Positions 10,308-19,965 are shown, numbered from the stretch's first letter. The stretch: DNA of 64,000 nt from Pseudomonadota bacterium (GCA_036337155.1 JAYZET010000010.1:85630-149629); one strand, 5' to 3'. Made by a program: numbers and translations. The notes: generated from the letters alone by a model not told the origin.

Positions 10308-11639
10308 GTGTTAGATCATTATACATACCTTAAATCAGACATATCCCGTCTATCTGGATCACGGATATCTGGGAAAGTTAAGGCGATACAGGGTATGCTG
10401 GTAGAAATCGGCGGTATCCAGTCATTCTTGTCTGTTGGAGATCGCTGTACCTTGGTTGGCAGACGTGGCGAAACGGTAGCTTGCGAGGTGGTAGGTTTTC
10501 GCGACGACCGCGCTCTTGCCATGCCATTCGGTGCTTTGGATGGAATCGGCATAGGGTCTTCTGCTGAAGTTGGTGAAAGTAATTCTGTTGCTTATCCGAG
10601 TTATTCTTGGTTGGGACGCGTGGTGGATGCGTTTGGTAAACCGCTCGATGGTAAAGGTACTCTCGCATTGGGCAAGCAGTCATACCCCGTAAAACGAATA
10701 GCGCCGCCGGCGCACGCGCGCGGTCGCGTCGCGGGGAAAATCGATCTCGGCATCAAATCTTTAAATGCCTTTGCCACATGCTGTCGTGGCCAAAGATTGG
10801 GAATTTTTTCCGCTTCGGGTGTAGGTAAATCGATCTTGTTGTCTATGCTTGCACGTTACTCCAAGGCTGACGTTGTCGTTATTGGACTCGTTGGAGAACG
10901 TGGCCGGGAAGTAAAAGAGTTTCTCGATCAAGAGCTTGGCGAAGAAGGTTTGATGAGATCGGTTTTGGTTGTGGCGACATCGGACGAATCACCACTAATG
11001 CGTCGACAAGCGGCTTATTTGACAATGACCGTTGCCGAATTTTTTCGTGACCAGGGCTTGGATGTTTTATGTTTAATGGATAGCGTCACCCGTTTTGCTA
11101 TGGCACAAAGAGAGATTGGTTTGTCGGCTGGAGAACCGCCTGCTAGCAAAGGCTATACGCCGACGGTTTTTTCTGAATTACCTAAATTACTGGAGAGGGC
11201 AGGCCCTGGAACAGGTGAGGGAACAATAACAGCGATGTTTGCTGTGCTCGTCGAAGGCGATGACCATAATGAGCCGATTTCGGATGCCGTACGAGGGATT
11301 GTGGACGGCCATATCGTTCTGGACCGAGCCATCGCGCAACGAAATAGATATCCTGCGATTAATGTCTTGCGTAGCGTTTCGCGCACCATGCCCGATTGCA
11401 ATACCGCGGCACAAAATTCAATTATCGATAAGGCACGTGCACTCATGGTGACTTACGAAGATATGGCCGAATTGATACGCCTTGGTGCTTATCGGAGCGG
11501 CAGTGACGTTGCCGTCGACGAAGCAATTCAATATCATGAAGCTCTAGAGGGGTTCCTTTCGCAAGCTAAGACGGAGGCGTTTACGCTTGATGAAAGCTAC
11601 GACCAACTTGGCGCGATCCTTGGGCTTTCTGCAACATGA
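10308..11639 (+). CDS. fliI: flagellum-specific type III secretion ATPase FliI
   Basis: 443 aa with Walker A SGVGKS, Walker B VLCLMDS and overall F1-beta-like pattern. GTG start. Confidence 0.9.
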   Translation: MLDHYTYLKSDISRLSGSRISGKVKAIQGMLVEIGGIQSFLSVGDRCTLVGRRGETVACEVVGFRDDRALAMPFGALDGIGIGSSAEVGESNSVAYPSYSWLGRVVDAFGKPLDGKGTLALGKQSYPVKRIAPPAHARGRVAGKIDLGIKSLNAFATCCRGQRLGIFSASGVGKSILLSMLARYSKADVVVIGLVGERGREVKEFLDQELGEEGLMRSVLVVATSDESPLMRRQAAYLTMTVAEFFRDQGLDVLCLMDSVTRFAMAQREIGLSAGEPPASKGYTPTVFSELPKLLERAGPGTGEGTITAMFAVLVEGDDHNEPISDAVRGIVDGHIVLDRAIAQRNRYPAINVLRSVSRTMPDCNTAAQNSIIDKARALMVTYEDMAELIRLGAYRSGSDVAVDEAIQYHEALEGFLSQAKTEAFTLDESYDQLGAILGLSAT

Positions 11640-12052
11640 GTGTTATCAAAAAGCTGATCCGGTTTTATAAGTTTGATCTCGATGAAAAACGGAGATCTCT
11701 CCATAAACTTGAGGAACAAGAAGCGCAGATACAAGCTGCGATTGACGCGACCGACCGCGCAGTTGAAGAAGAACAGGCATTCTCGCGAGGTGAAAATGAT
11801 TATGCTCCATACTATGGTGGGTATGCATCCAGGGTTCAGTTAGAGAGAGAGAAACTCGAAGACGCACTGGCCAAGGCAAATGAAGTTGTTGAGACGACCC
11901 GGGAAAGTGTCGTCCAAGCATTTGAGGAATTAAAGAAATATGAAATTACAAAAGATCGGCAAGAGCATCGCAGCTATCTTGAAAGCGAACGTCAAAATCA
12001 AATTGCCCTTGATGAAATTGCTCTGACCATGCATCAGCGAAAGGACAAATAG
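11636..12052 (+). CDS. fliJ: flagellar export protein FliJ
   Basis: 138-aa charged coiled-coil protein. It overlaps the fliI stop by 4 nt, the canonical fliI-fliJ arrangement. Confidence 0.65.
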   Translation: MSVIKKLIRFYKFDLDEKRRSLHKLEEQEAQIQAAIDATDRAVEEEQAFSRGENDYAPYYGGYASRVQLEREKLEDALAKANEVVETTRESVVQAFEELKKYEITKDRQEHRSYLESERQNQIALDEIALTMHQRKDK

Positions 12053-12062
12053 GCTTTGTTTT

Positions 12063-12473
12063 TTAAAAAGAGCTGTCGATAAAGGTGAATATTCCCGGGT
12101 TGCTCCATCTCGGTTGATTGTCAGTCAGCACAATCCGTCGCTTAGATGAATTTTCCGATTTGATTTCGATACGCGACCAGCGAGGTACCACCTCGTTGTT
12201 GATATCTCCTAAAAATTTATGGGCATAACCTTCGTAAGGTTCTTCGATTAGCGGATAGGACGCTTCTAGGTAAGTTTCGAACGCCCTCGAAAGAAGCAGC
12301 CACTTATCGGGTACATAGGTAAGGCTGACAAACAAGTCCGTTCCAATGGTTTTGCTCAAGCTAGTAATATAGTCAAGTTTAGAATTTGGGTTTGGTGCTG
12401 TTTCCAGCAAGGCGCGCAACGTTATGTCGTTGGGATTAATCGGAACGTTCATACGGTCAGTCCGGCTTTCCAT
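12063..12473 (-). CDS. QueF-like T-fold protein lacking the catalytic cysteine (function unknown)
   Basis: 136 aa. YITSLSKTIGTDLFVSLTYVPDKWLLLSRAFETYL aligns by eye with the QueF core [37 protein letters not shown], with Ser at the Cys position. The start overlaps the upstream gene by 25 nt. Confidence 0.45.
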   Translation of the reverse strand: MESRTDRMNVPINPNDITLRALLETAPNPNSKLDYITSLSKTIGTDLFVSLTYVPDKWLLLSRAFETYLEASYPLIEEPYEGYAHKFLGDINNEVVPRWSRIEIKSENSSKRRIVLTDNQPRWSNPGIFTFIDSSF

Positions 12474-13999
12474 TCGTGAACTTCTATTGTTGGGTTTAGT
12501 TCAAACGATGATGTTTGATGGAAATTTAGTGTCCCGGTCAACCCTAGAGCGGAAACAGTATTGGAGAAGATTGCACGAATATCATCGCGAATGGTATCCG
12601 CAAGCAGTTCACGTGTCCGGATCATGAGGTCGATGTTTTTGTCGGTGGCCAAACCGTCGAATTGGAACGGGCCAAGATTGCTAAATTCGACTTCAATCAC
12701 GAAGCGAGTATCTAGGTTCTTGTCGCCTTGATTATTTTCATCTTGCTCTTTCTCGCCGCGCACGAACAGCTTCAATTGCTGTAGGTCGGCTCCAACCAGA
12801 ATCGGTATGAGGTAGGACCGCCATTCCTGGCCCGACGGTTCACCTGCCAAGCGTTGCATCTCTCCGATATCGCGACTGAGACGTTCTACTAGGTTGTTTC
12901 CGGTGCGTTGCAGCGCTCGTAAAGTGTCTTCACCCATCCAGCGCCGCAAATCGCCAGTCATCATCGCCGAGAGAAAAAATAATATACCTGTCGTAAGCGA
13001 ACCGCGGGCTTGCGGTAATACTTGTTGGGTAAGATTATGGGCGGCAGTGGGTTCGACTGCTTGAAGCGCAATAATAGCGTTTCGCAAGGCTTCCCATTGA
13101 TGGGTCAGTAGAAGTGAAGTTTCTTCCACACTCTCTATGGGCCCAAGCGGTGTGCTTACTAACTCCATAACAAGTTTTGCACCGAGAGGTAATGCCGTGC
13201 GAGAATCGAGTTTAATTTCTCCTCGATTGGTCTGTACCACTGTTTGTCCGTTTTCCTTTGTTCCGGTCACTAAGCCCGTCAATGTTTCGATTCCAGGGGT
13301 TTGAGAGACTTGCCTGCCCGCGGAACCCTGCGGTGTAACTGTTAAAATTCGAACATTAAAAGTCATGCCGGCTAATAATTTGGGAGGTGAACTTGATGGC
13401 CTTGTGGACGACTTCGGTGATACAGAAGTCAAAGCAGTTGAGGAATTATCTCTGGCCAGGGTCGATCCGGCGTTCGTGCCCGCAACACCATTGGATGCCG
13501 TGGAATTGTTATTCGTTGGTCCATTAGTGGTGTCGATGCTTGTAACCGGCCCTGAGGTCGGGTCTAGGATCTTGGAGCCCGTTTTCGTATTGGTTGACGG
13601 CTGCCGTGTCGCCGTAGCAGAGATAATACTTCCCTGGGTTAGTGTCGATGTAACAGTGGGTTGGCTTTTGCTAGCAGGTAAACCGGTATTTCGATCGTGC
13701 GCTGATAGCGGAAATACCAAGACTTGTGGCCGTGTACCTCCATTCTGTATCTGAAGAGAGACTGTGGCACCATTAAGGAGATTAGCCGCTGTTTGTAGGA
13801 TCAATTCGCCAGAGTCGGTTTGCATTAGGAATTGTCCGGCCGCTGGCTTATTAATAATCGTACCGAGTAATGTCTGTCCTAGTTGGACGGCATTCTGTGG
13901 CAATGCAGACTGGATGATGGTTCCCGTTGCGCCACTTGAGGCAGAAAGGGTCTGTATGGAAAGAGTAGAGGGCGGTGTCGGCGTGACCGGCGTATTCAT
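12449..13999 (-). CDS. flagellar-operon protein with duplicated beta-rich module, S/T/N/P-rich linker and FliK-C-like (Flg_hook-like) C-terminus
   Basis: 516 aa. The internal repeat LLGTIINKPAAGQFLMQTDSGELILQTAANLLNGATVSLQI matches LTGLVTGTKENGQTVVQTNRGEIKLDSRTALPLGAKLVMELV. The C-terminal FVIEVEFSNLGPFQFDG..IDLMIRT..L.....GLTGTLNF mirrors the FliK block IRIQLKPAELGRVEVKLEV.. of 26027..27622. Confidence 0.55.
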   Translation of the reverse strand: MNTPVTPTPPSTLSIQTLSASSGATGTIIQSALPQNAVQLGQTLLGTIINKPAAGQFLMQTDSGELILQTAANLLNGATVSLQIQNGGTRPQVLVFPLSAHDRNTGLPASKSQPTVTSTLTQGSIISATATRQPSTNTKTGSKILDPTSGPVTSIDTTNGPTNNNSTASNGVAGTNAGSTLARDNSSTALTSVSPKSSTRPSSSPPKLLAGMTFNVRILTVTPQGSAGRQVSQTPGIETLTGLVTGTKENGQTVVQTNRGEIKLDSRTALPLGAKLVMELVSTPLGPIESVEETSLLLTHQWEALRNAIIALQAVEPTAAHNLTQQVLPQARGSLTTGILFFLSAMMTGDLRRWMGEDTLRALQRTGNNLVERLSRDIGEMQRLAGEPSGQEWRSYLIPILVGADLQQLKLFVRGEKEQDENNQGDKNLDTRFVIEVEFSNLGPFQFDGLATDKNIDLMIRTRELLADTIRDDIRAIFSNTVSALGLTGTLNFHQTSSFELNPTIEVHEWKAGLTV

Positions 14000-14033
14000 T
14001 TTTCACCGTCTTTTTGACGTTAATCTATGCGAG

Positions 14034-15110
14034 TTAGTTAGATTCTGTTGGCGTAAGCTTCTCTATTAAAGCGTGTTCTTCATTGTGTGATTGATCGATT
14101 ACTCCATGCTGATCCTTGGGGCGGTTTTCTTCGGTGGCCCGGTTTGTAATTTTTTGCCCAGATTCCGAAGATTTAGAAGGTAATAGCAAGCGCGCTAGTG
14201 AAACTGCGTTTATAGGTCGAAGGCCGTTGACGATATTAGGCGTTGGGCTTACATCACAAAACGCTAGTGCGGAGGTATCTGCGGCTGCTAATACGCTACC
14301 AAGTCGGCGCACCATGTCGAGACAGCTTACTAACATTCGGGTAGGTGCAATGTCGATAAAAGCTGTCGCGATTTCGGACGCCTCGATGGGATCACGACCC
14401 GCCGAAAGCACCAAAATCGTCTCAACTGAAGCCGCTCTAGTAAATTCTATGAGTCGTCCCATGTCATCATGGTTGTAAGGATTAACCCCCGCTGTATCAA
14501 TTAGTACAAGGCCATCAGGATCGGTACCGTCTATAGCTTCTATTAGAGCCAATGGGTCGGGAGCTACCATCACTTCGAGGTTGAGGCGCGTTGCATATGA
14601 TTGCAGTTGCTCGATGCCTTGTACACGCACCGTATCTGTACTGATCAGGCGCACGGTGGCGCTGCCTGAAATTATCGCACGGGCTGCTAATTTGGCTATC
14701 GCAGAGGTTTTGCCGCCTCCGGGCGGACCGATCAGCATGATCGGTTGAGGTTGGCCACCGTTTTCCGGCAATGGCTGGAAATTGTAGTGGGTCTCGAGGG
14801 CACCTGCCAATGACATATTGGGGTCTGCGGAGGCTTGCGTTGCGGCCGAATTGAGTAATCGATCTGAAAGCTCAGGCGGTGTGCCGTGATCGTCTAGTGC
14901 ATTGCTGACCTTTTGGAGCATTTGAAAGGTGAGTGTGCGATCTTTTTCGGGTATATGGCGGTCCTCGGCATCCGACGCTACGGTTACGCGGACGCCTCGG
15001 GTTCCTTCATCTTCATGAGTTGCGACGATGATAGCTTCTGCGCCCATCTGCTCCCGGATAAGTTCCATCGCCTCTTGCATCGTTCGCGCCTGGATCGTCT
15101 TAAGCCTCAT
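14034..15110 (-). CDS. flhF: flagellar biosynthesis SRP-type GTPase FlhF
   Basis: 358 aa. N-terminal MRLKTIQARTMQEAMELIREQMG, G1 GPPGGGKTS, and G3 DTAG. Confidence 0.85.
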   Translation of the reverse strand: MRLKTIQARTMQEAMELIREQMGAEAIIVATHEDEGTRGVRVTVASDAEDRHIPEKDRTLTFQMLQKVSNALDDHGTPPELSDRLLNSAATQASADPNMSLAGALETHYNFQPLPENGGQPQPIMLIGPPGGGKTSAIAKLAARAIISGSATVRLISTDTVRVQGIEQLQSYATRLNLEVMVAPDPLALIEAIDGTDPDGLVLIDTAGVNPYNHDDMGRLIEFTRAASVETILVLSAGRDPIEASEIATAFIDIAPTRMLVSCLDMVRRLGSVLAAADTSALAFCDVSPTPNIVNGLRPINAVSLARLLLPSKSSESGQKITNRATEENRPKDQHGVIDQSHNEEHALIEKLTPTESN

Positions 15111-15142
15111 TTCGATTCATTCCTGTGCGAAACCAACAATAT

Positions 15143-17278
15143 TTAAATTTGACCCAAGGTCTTTATTTTGGCTTTAGGATGTACCTCATTTTGCGACATC
15201 ACGACAGTTATTGGCCGGAAACGCTCGATTACGGAACGTACGAAGGGTCTAATTCCAGGGCTAACGAGAAGAATCGGTGTTTCACCCTGCATCGCATGAC
15301 GCTCGAGTATGGTCCGCACCGCGGTAATGAATTGCTGTAATTTGCTCGGTGCCATCGAGAGCTGCCGCTCATCCCCCTGACCAATAATTGCCTCTGCGAA
15401 AGATTGCTCCCATTCCGGTGAAAGAGTAACAAGAGGGATAAAGCCTTGCTCGTTAACGACGTCGTCTGAAAGTTGGCGCGCTAGTCTGGCGCGAACATGT
15501 TCTGTTATTTGTCCGATGTTCCGTGTGTAGCCGCACGCTTCAGATATCCCTTCAAGGATGGTTGAGAGATCTCGAATTGAGACACGTTCGTTAAGTAAAT
15601 TTTGCAACACCCTTTGGATTCCGCCCACGCTGATTTGGTTTGGGACCAAATCAGCGATCAGCTTTTGATGTCCGCTATCCAACTCGTCGAGCAGTTTTTG
15701 CGTCTCCGCAAATGATAGTAATTCTGACATGTTGTCGCGAACGATTTCGGTGAGATGAGTGGTGATAACCGTTGGTGCATCAACGACAGTAAATCCGCGG
15801 AACATTGCCTCTTCACGATGTTGCTCTCCAACCCACATTGCGGGAAGGCCGAATGTGGGTTCTACCGTCTCTTCGCCAGGCAGAGATATTTGCTCACCAC
15901 GAGGGTCCATGACGAGGAGGTTGTTAGGGCGCAATTCGCCTGCCCCCGCTTCGATTTCCTTCACACGTAGGATGTAGTTGTTTGGTGGCAGTTGCAGATT
16001 GTCTTGGATCCGCACGGCCGGCATAATGAAACCCATTTCCGTTGCAAGTTGCCGGCGCAGCGCCTTTATCTGTTCGGTAAGCCGGCGTTCGCTAGGATTA
16101 TTTATTAGTGATAAAAGGCCGTAACCAAGTTCGAGGCGTATATTGTCGATCTGCAACGCGGCACCAATTGGCTCTTCTGGTGCCGGCAGGTCTTGTTTGG
16201 CTTCTTCCGCCTGCGCTTCCTTTTCTTCTAATTGCCGTTGTTGAGTATGTAACGAATAAGCTGTTATCCCTGTAATGCCTCCAAGTACAAGAAACGGCAG
16301 GGCCGGTATCCCAGGCAGTATAGAGATGATGAGCAGCAAACCGGTGGCTAGAGTTAGTGCCATCGGGTAGTTCGTGAGTTGACCTAGTACCGCCTCGTCA
16401 GCAGCCCCTTGTACACCGGACCGCGTAACCAGCATGCCGGCGGCGGTTGAGACTATCAAGGCTGGAATCTGCGTTACCAAGCCATCACCGATTGTCAGAA
16501 GGGTGTAATTTTCAGCGGCGCTGCCGAGGCTCATATTTTGCTGCGCAGTGCCAATAATGATGCCACCTACTATATTGATAAAGGTGATTAGAAGCCCCGC
16601 GATAGCGTCGCCGCGGACGAACTTCGATGCACCGTCCATAGCGCCAAAGAAAGAATTTTCTTCCTCTAGTGAGCTGCGTCGTTTGCGGGCTTCATCTTCG
16701 CCGATCAGACCTGAGGAGAGGTCAGCATCAATCGCCATTTGCTTGCCTGGCATGGCGTCTAAGCTGAACCGTGCGGCTACTTCAGCGATGCGTCCAGCGC
16801 CCTTTGTAATGACAACGAAATTGACGATGACCAGGATCCCGAAGACAATGATGCCGATCACGTAGTTCCCGCCGACTACGAAATTTCCGAAGGCTTCGAT
16901 GACCCGTCCGGCGGCATTAGTTCCGGTATGGCCATCTGCTAAGATTAGACGCGTTGAAGCGAGATTCAGTGCTAATCGCAGCATCGTCGCGATGAGCAGA
17001 ATCGTGGGGAAGGTGTTCAGCTCAAGCGGGTTTCTAATAAACAAAACGGTCATCAGAATGATGACCGAAAAGGTAATTGAAATGGCGAGTGAAAAATCGA
17101 GCAGCCATGTAGGCATTGGTAAGAGCAGCACGACCAGGATTGCAATGACACCTAGCGCAAGCGCTATGTCGCCCCGCTTCATAAACTCGGGTATTTGGAA
17201 TCCAGGTCCGCCCCCATGACCTTCCACGGCTTTGGCGCTGACGGCCTCCGTACCCTGTTCGGGCGCCGCTTCGCTCAT
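15143..17278 (-). CDS. flhA: flagellar export apparatus protein FlhA
   Basis: 711 aa with an N-terminal polytopic membrane domain plus a cytoplasmic domain. Has the FHIPEP-type motifs VAARFSLDAMPGKQMAIDADL and GASKFVRGDA. Confidence 0.95.
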   Translation of the reverse strand: MSEAAPEQGTEAVSAKAVEGHGGGPGFQIPEFMKRGDIALALGVIAILVVLLLPMPTWLLDFSLAISITFSVIILMTVLFIRNPLELNTFPTILLIATMLRLALNLASTRLILADGHTGTNAAGRVIEAFGNFVVGGNYVIGIIVFGILVIVNFVVITKGAGRIAEVAARFSLDAMPGKQMAIDADLSSGLIGEDEARKRRSSLEEENSFFGAMDGASKFVRGDAIAGLLITFINIVGGIIIGTAQQNMSLGSAAENYTLLTIGDGLVTQIPALIVSTAAGMLVTRSGVQGAADEAVLGQLTNYPMALTLATGLLLIISILPGIPALPFLVLGGITGITAYSLHTQQRQLEEKEAQAEEAKQDLPAPEEPIGAALQIDNIRLELGYGLLSLINNPSERRLTEQIKALRRQLATEMGFIMPAVRIQDNLQLPPNNYILRVKEIEAGAGELRPNNLLVMDPRGEQISLPGEETVEPTFGLPAMWVGEQHREEAMFRGFTVVDAPTVITTHLTEIVRDNMSELLSFAETQKLLDELDSGHQKLIADLVPNQISVGGIQRVLQNLLNERVSIRDLSTILEGISEACGYTRNIGQITEHVRARLARQLSDDVVNEQGFIPLVTLSPEWEQSFAEAIIGQGDERQLSMAPSKLQQFITAVRTILERHAMQGETPILLVSPGIRPFVRSVIERFRPITVVMSQNEVHPKAKIKTLGQI

Positions 17279-17326
17279 TTTGCATCCCCAGAATTTTCGG
17301 CTGTCACTGCAGGTTGTTCCTAATCG

Positions 17327-18700
17327 TTAACCTTCACCCGGCATTGGAACTGCCATGCCTTCTTCGTTGTATTGTTTTAACTTGTTGCGCAGCGTTCGGA
17401 TCGATATGCCAAGAATGTTTGCAGCATGGGTTCTATTGCCAAGGCAATGCTGAAGTGTATCGATGATTAGGTCGCGTTCGACCTCGGCTACGGTTCGGCC
17501 GACTAATCCTCTGGTATTGGCGTCATTTTCTTCAACGGCTGTTGGATTTTCGTTATCCAAGACAGCTGCCGCTGCGGTCGCCGCAACTGAGGCGACTTCC
17601 TCGTTGCGGCTAAGAACAATTGCATCGGGTCCAATGGTGTCGCCCTGAGCCAAAAGTACTGCGCGATGCATTGTATTCTCGAGTTCTCGCACATTTCCCC
17701 GCCAACCATGGCTTTCTAGCGATGACATTGCTTTATCGCTGATTGGTAGGCGGTCAACCCCATTTGCATCTGCGTATTTTTCAACGAAGAAATTTGACAG
17801 CATGGGAATGTCTAAAGGACGCTCACGTAAGGAAGGCAGCTTTATCTCTATGACATTCAAACGGAAGAAGAGATCTTCGCGGAAATCGCCGTTTCTAACC
17901 GACTGCTCAAGGTTGCGGTTTGAGGTTGCGACAAGCCGCACGTCAATTTTAATGGGGTGTGTACCGCCGACCCTGTCAATTTCGCGTTCCTGGATTGCGC
18001 GCAGCAGTTTGGCTTGCAAACGAATATGCATTTCGCTTATCTCGTCTAGCAGCAAAGTTCCGCCATTTGCTTCTTCAAATTTACCTATACGTCGAGCGAT
18101 GGCACCAGTAAATGCCCCCTTTTCATGACCGAAAAGTTCCGATTCAAGAAGATTCTCAGGGATCGCCGCACAGTTAACGGCAACGAAATTGTTGGTCGAC
18201 CGCTTGCTCTTCGCGTGAATATAACGTGCCATTAACTCTTTGCCGGTACCCGAATTTCCAGTTACCAGAGCGGATGCGTCCGAAGGAGCAATTTTGTCTG
18301 CAAATTCTAATACTTTTTTCATCGCAGGATCAGCATGGATAATAGAATTGCTTTCCTGACTTACAGCTTCGAGAACTGCGGCAATGAGTTCCGGGTCGGG
18401 CGGCAATGGCACATATTCTTTGGCGCCCCCTTTTATAGCTTCGACGGCAGCATCGGCATCGTTTCCGATTCCGCACGCGACGATTGGGAGAATAATTCGT
18501 TCAGTCGAGAGTTGTTTAACCATGTCGCTAACATCTAAGCTGACGTCGACCATAGCGACTTCCGCGCCTTGACCCGAGCGCAATGCATTCATTGCATCTG
18601 ATATAGAGTTGACGTGCGCCACCTTTGCGCCTCGTGTTATAGCGATCTTACTGGCTTCAGTTATGTGGCCTTCCAGTCTGCCAACGATCAAAACTTTCAT
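17327..18700 (-). CDS. flbD: sigma-54-dependent flagellar transcriptional activator (FlbD-like) with degenerate receiver domain
   Basis: 457 aa. AAA+ Walker A GNSGTGKE, GAFTGA loop (EKGAFTGA), ESELFGHE, and a C-terminal Fis-type HTH. The receiver-like N-terminus has GR in place of the DD acidic pair and L in place of the conserved K-P lysine. Confidence 0.85.
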   Translation of the reverse strand: MKVLIVGRLEGHITEASKIAITRGAKVAHVNSISDAMNALRSGQGAEVAMVDVSLDVSDMVKQLSTERIILPIVACGIGNDADAAVEAIKGGAKEYVPLPPDPELIAAVLEAVSQESNSIIHADPAMKKVLEFADKIAPSDASALVTGNSGTGKELMARYIHAKSKRSTNNFVAVNCAAIPENLLESELFGHEKGAFTGAIARRIGKFEEANGGTLLLDEISEMHIRLQAKLLRAIQEREIDRVGGTHPIKIDVRLVATSNRNLEQSVRNGDFREDLFFRLNVIEIKLPSLRERPLDIPMLSNFFVEKYADANGVDRLPISDKAMSSLESHGWRGNVRELENTMHRAVLLAQGDTIGPDAIVLSRNEEVASVAATAAAAVLDNENPTAVEENDANTRGLVGRTVAEVERDLIIDTLQHCLGNRTHAANILGISIRTLRNKLKQYNEEGMAVPMPGEG

Positions 18701-18731
18701 GGTCTTTCCGTTCTCTTACCTTTACCCGGCG

Positions 18732-19571
18732 TCAGCCGAAATATTCTATACGATGATCCGGTGGAAGGATCGTATTGAGCAGCATCTCGAGACGCCGCGG
18801 GTTTTCGTGGCGGCTAATCGAAGCAGCCGCCATGACGTGAATCTGATTAATAAGTGCTTCGTCGCTAGAGTTTCGCTCTAGTTTAGCGGCCAAGGGCGTG
18901 AAGACCATATTAGCCAATATCGCGCCGTAGAACGTAGTCAACAGGGCGACGGCCATACTTGGCCCGATCATACTCGGGTCGCTCAGATTTCCAAGCATTT
19001 GAACCAGGCCGACAAGTGTTCCAATCAAGCCCATAGCTGGCGAGATCTCTGCCGCCTTGCGAAGCACCCCAACCGTGCGGGCATGTCGACGCGCGGCGGC
19101 TTGCATTTCTCCGCGCATAATACGTTCGATCTCATCGCCTGTTGTGCCCTCAAGGAGCATCTTAAGACCTTTGTGGAGCATTGCTTCGTTTGTCAATCGA
19201 GGAATATAAGCTTCCATCGTGAGTAAACCTTTTCGGCGAGCGAGTTGTGCGAGTTGTAGCACATGCAATGCCGTACAAGACGGACTTCTCGCGTGGTAAA
19301 AAACCGCCGAAACGACAACGGAGAATGCAGTTCCGATATCGCGGAATGAATAGCAAGCTGTAGTAATGCCAAATGTGCCTCCGATCACGATGCAGATTGA
19401 AGGTAAGTCGATAAATGCGTAGGGGCTTCCGCCAAGGACAATCGCAGTAACTATGAGAGCGAAGGCACCGATTATACCAATGAGGGTAGCTAAATCGACG
19501 ATTGACCGCACGGAAGGTGCGCGAACCAATTCGGTCTCTTGGGGTAATTCGGGCTCGGCTTCGGTCGGCAT
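18732..19571 (-). CDS. motA: flagellar stator protein MotA (MotA/TolQ/ExbB family)
   Basis: 279 aa with four predicted TM segments and a C-terminal MGLIGTLVGLV..M proton-channel motif. It lies between fliN and flbD. Confidence 0.8.
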   Translation of the reverse strand: MPTEAEPELPQETELVRAPSVRSIVDLATLIGIIGAFALIVTAIVLGGSPYAFIDLPSICIVIGGTFGITTACYSFRDIGTAFSVVVSAVFYHARSPSCTALHVLQLAQLARRKGLLTMEAYIPRLTNEAMLHKGLKMLLEGTTGDEIERIMRGEMQAAARRHARTVGVLRKAAEISPAMGLIGTLVGLVQMLGNLSDPSMIGPSMAVALLTTFYGAILANMVFTPLAAKLERNSSDEALINQIHVMAAASISRHENPRRLEMLLNTILPPDHRIEYFG

Positions 19572-19599
19572 CTATGTATAATCTCCGATGGCACTCTGC

Positions 19600-19965
19600 C
19601 TAATTTTGTTCTGATTTAATGATTTCTGTCATCGTTATGCCGAGCTTATTATCTACAACAACAACTTCACCGCGGGCCACCAGCCGATTGTTGACGTAAA
19701 TATCAATTGCTTCTCCGACCTTGCGATCGAGTTCTACGACTGCACCGCGGCCAAGCTTCAACAATTGACTGACCTGCATTGAGGCCTTTCCTAAGACGGC
19801 GGAAACCTGAACGGGGATATCATACACGGCTTCCAAATCTTGAGCGCCTTGCGGCAATCCCGCTTCGAGAACGTCCGACATGTCTAGATCGTTGTCCTCA
19901 TTTGTTTGAGACTCCGGCGTTTCGGTTTCGAGTTCGTTCAGTTCCAAATTATCATCATCGGCCAT
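19600..19965 (-). CDS. fliN: flagellar motor switch protein FliN
   Basis: 121 aa. SpoA domain IPVQVSAVLGKASMQVSQLLKLGRGAVVELD..VARGEVVVVDNKLGITMTEI, with an acidic N-terminus. Confidence 0.9.
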   Translation of the reverse strand: MADDDNLELNELETETPESQTNEDNDLDMSDVLEAGLPQGAQDLEAVYDIPVQVSAVLGKASMQVSQLLKLGRGAVVELDRKVGEAIDIYVNNRLVARGEVVVVDNKLGITMTEIIKSEQN

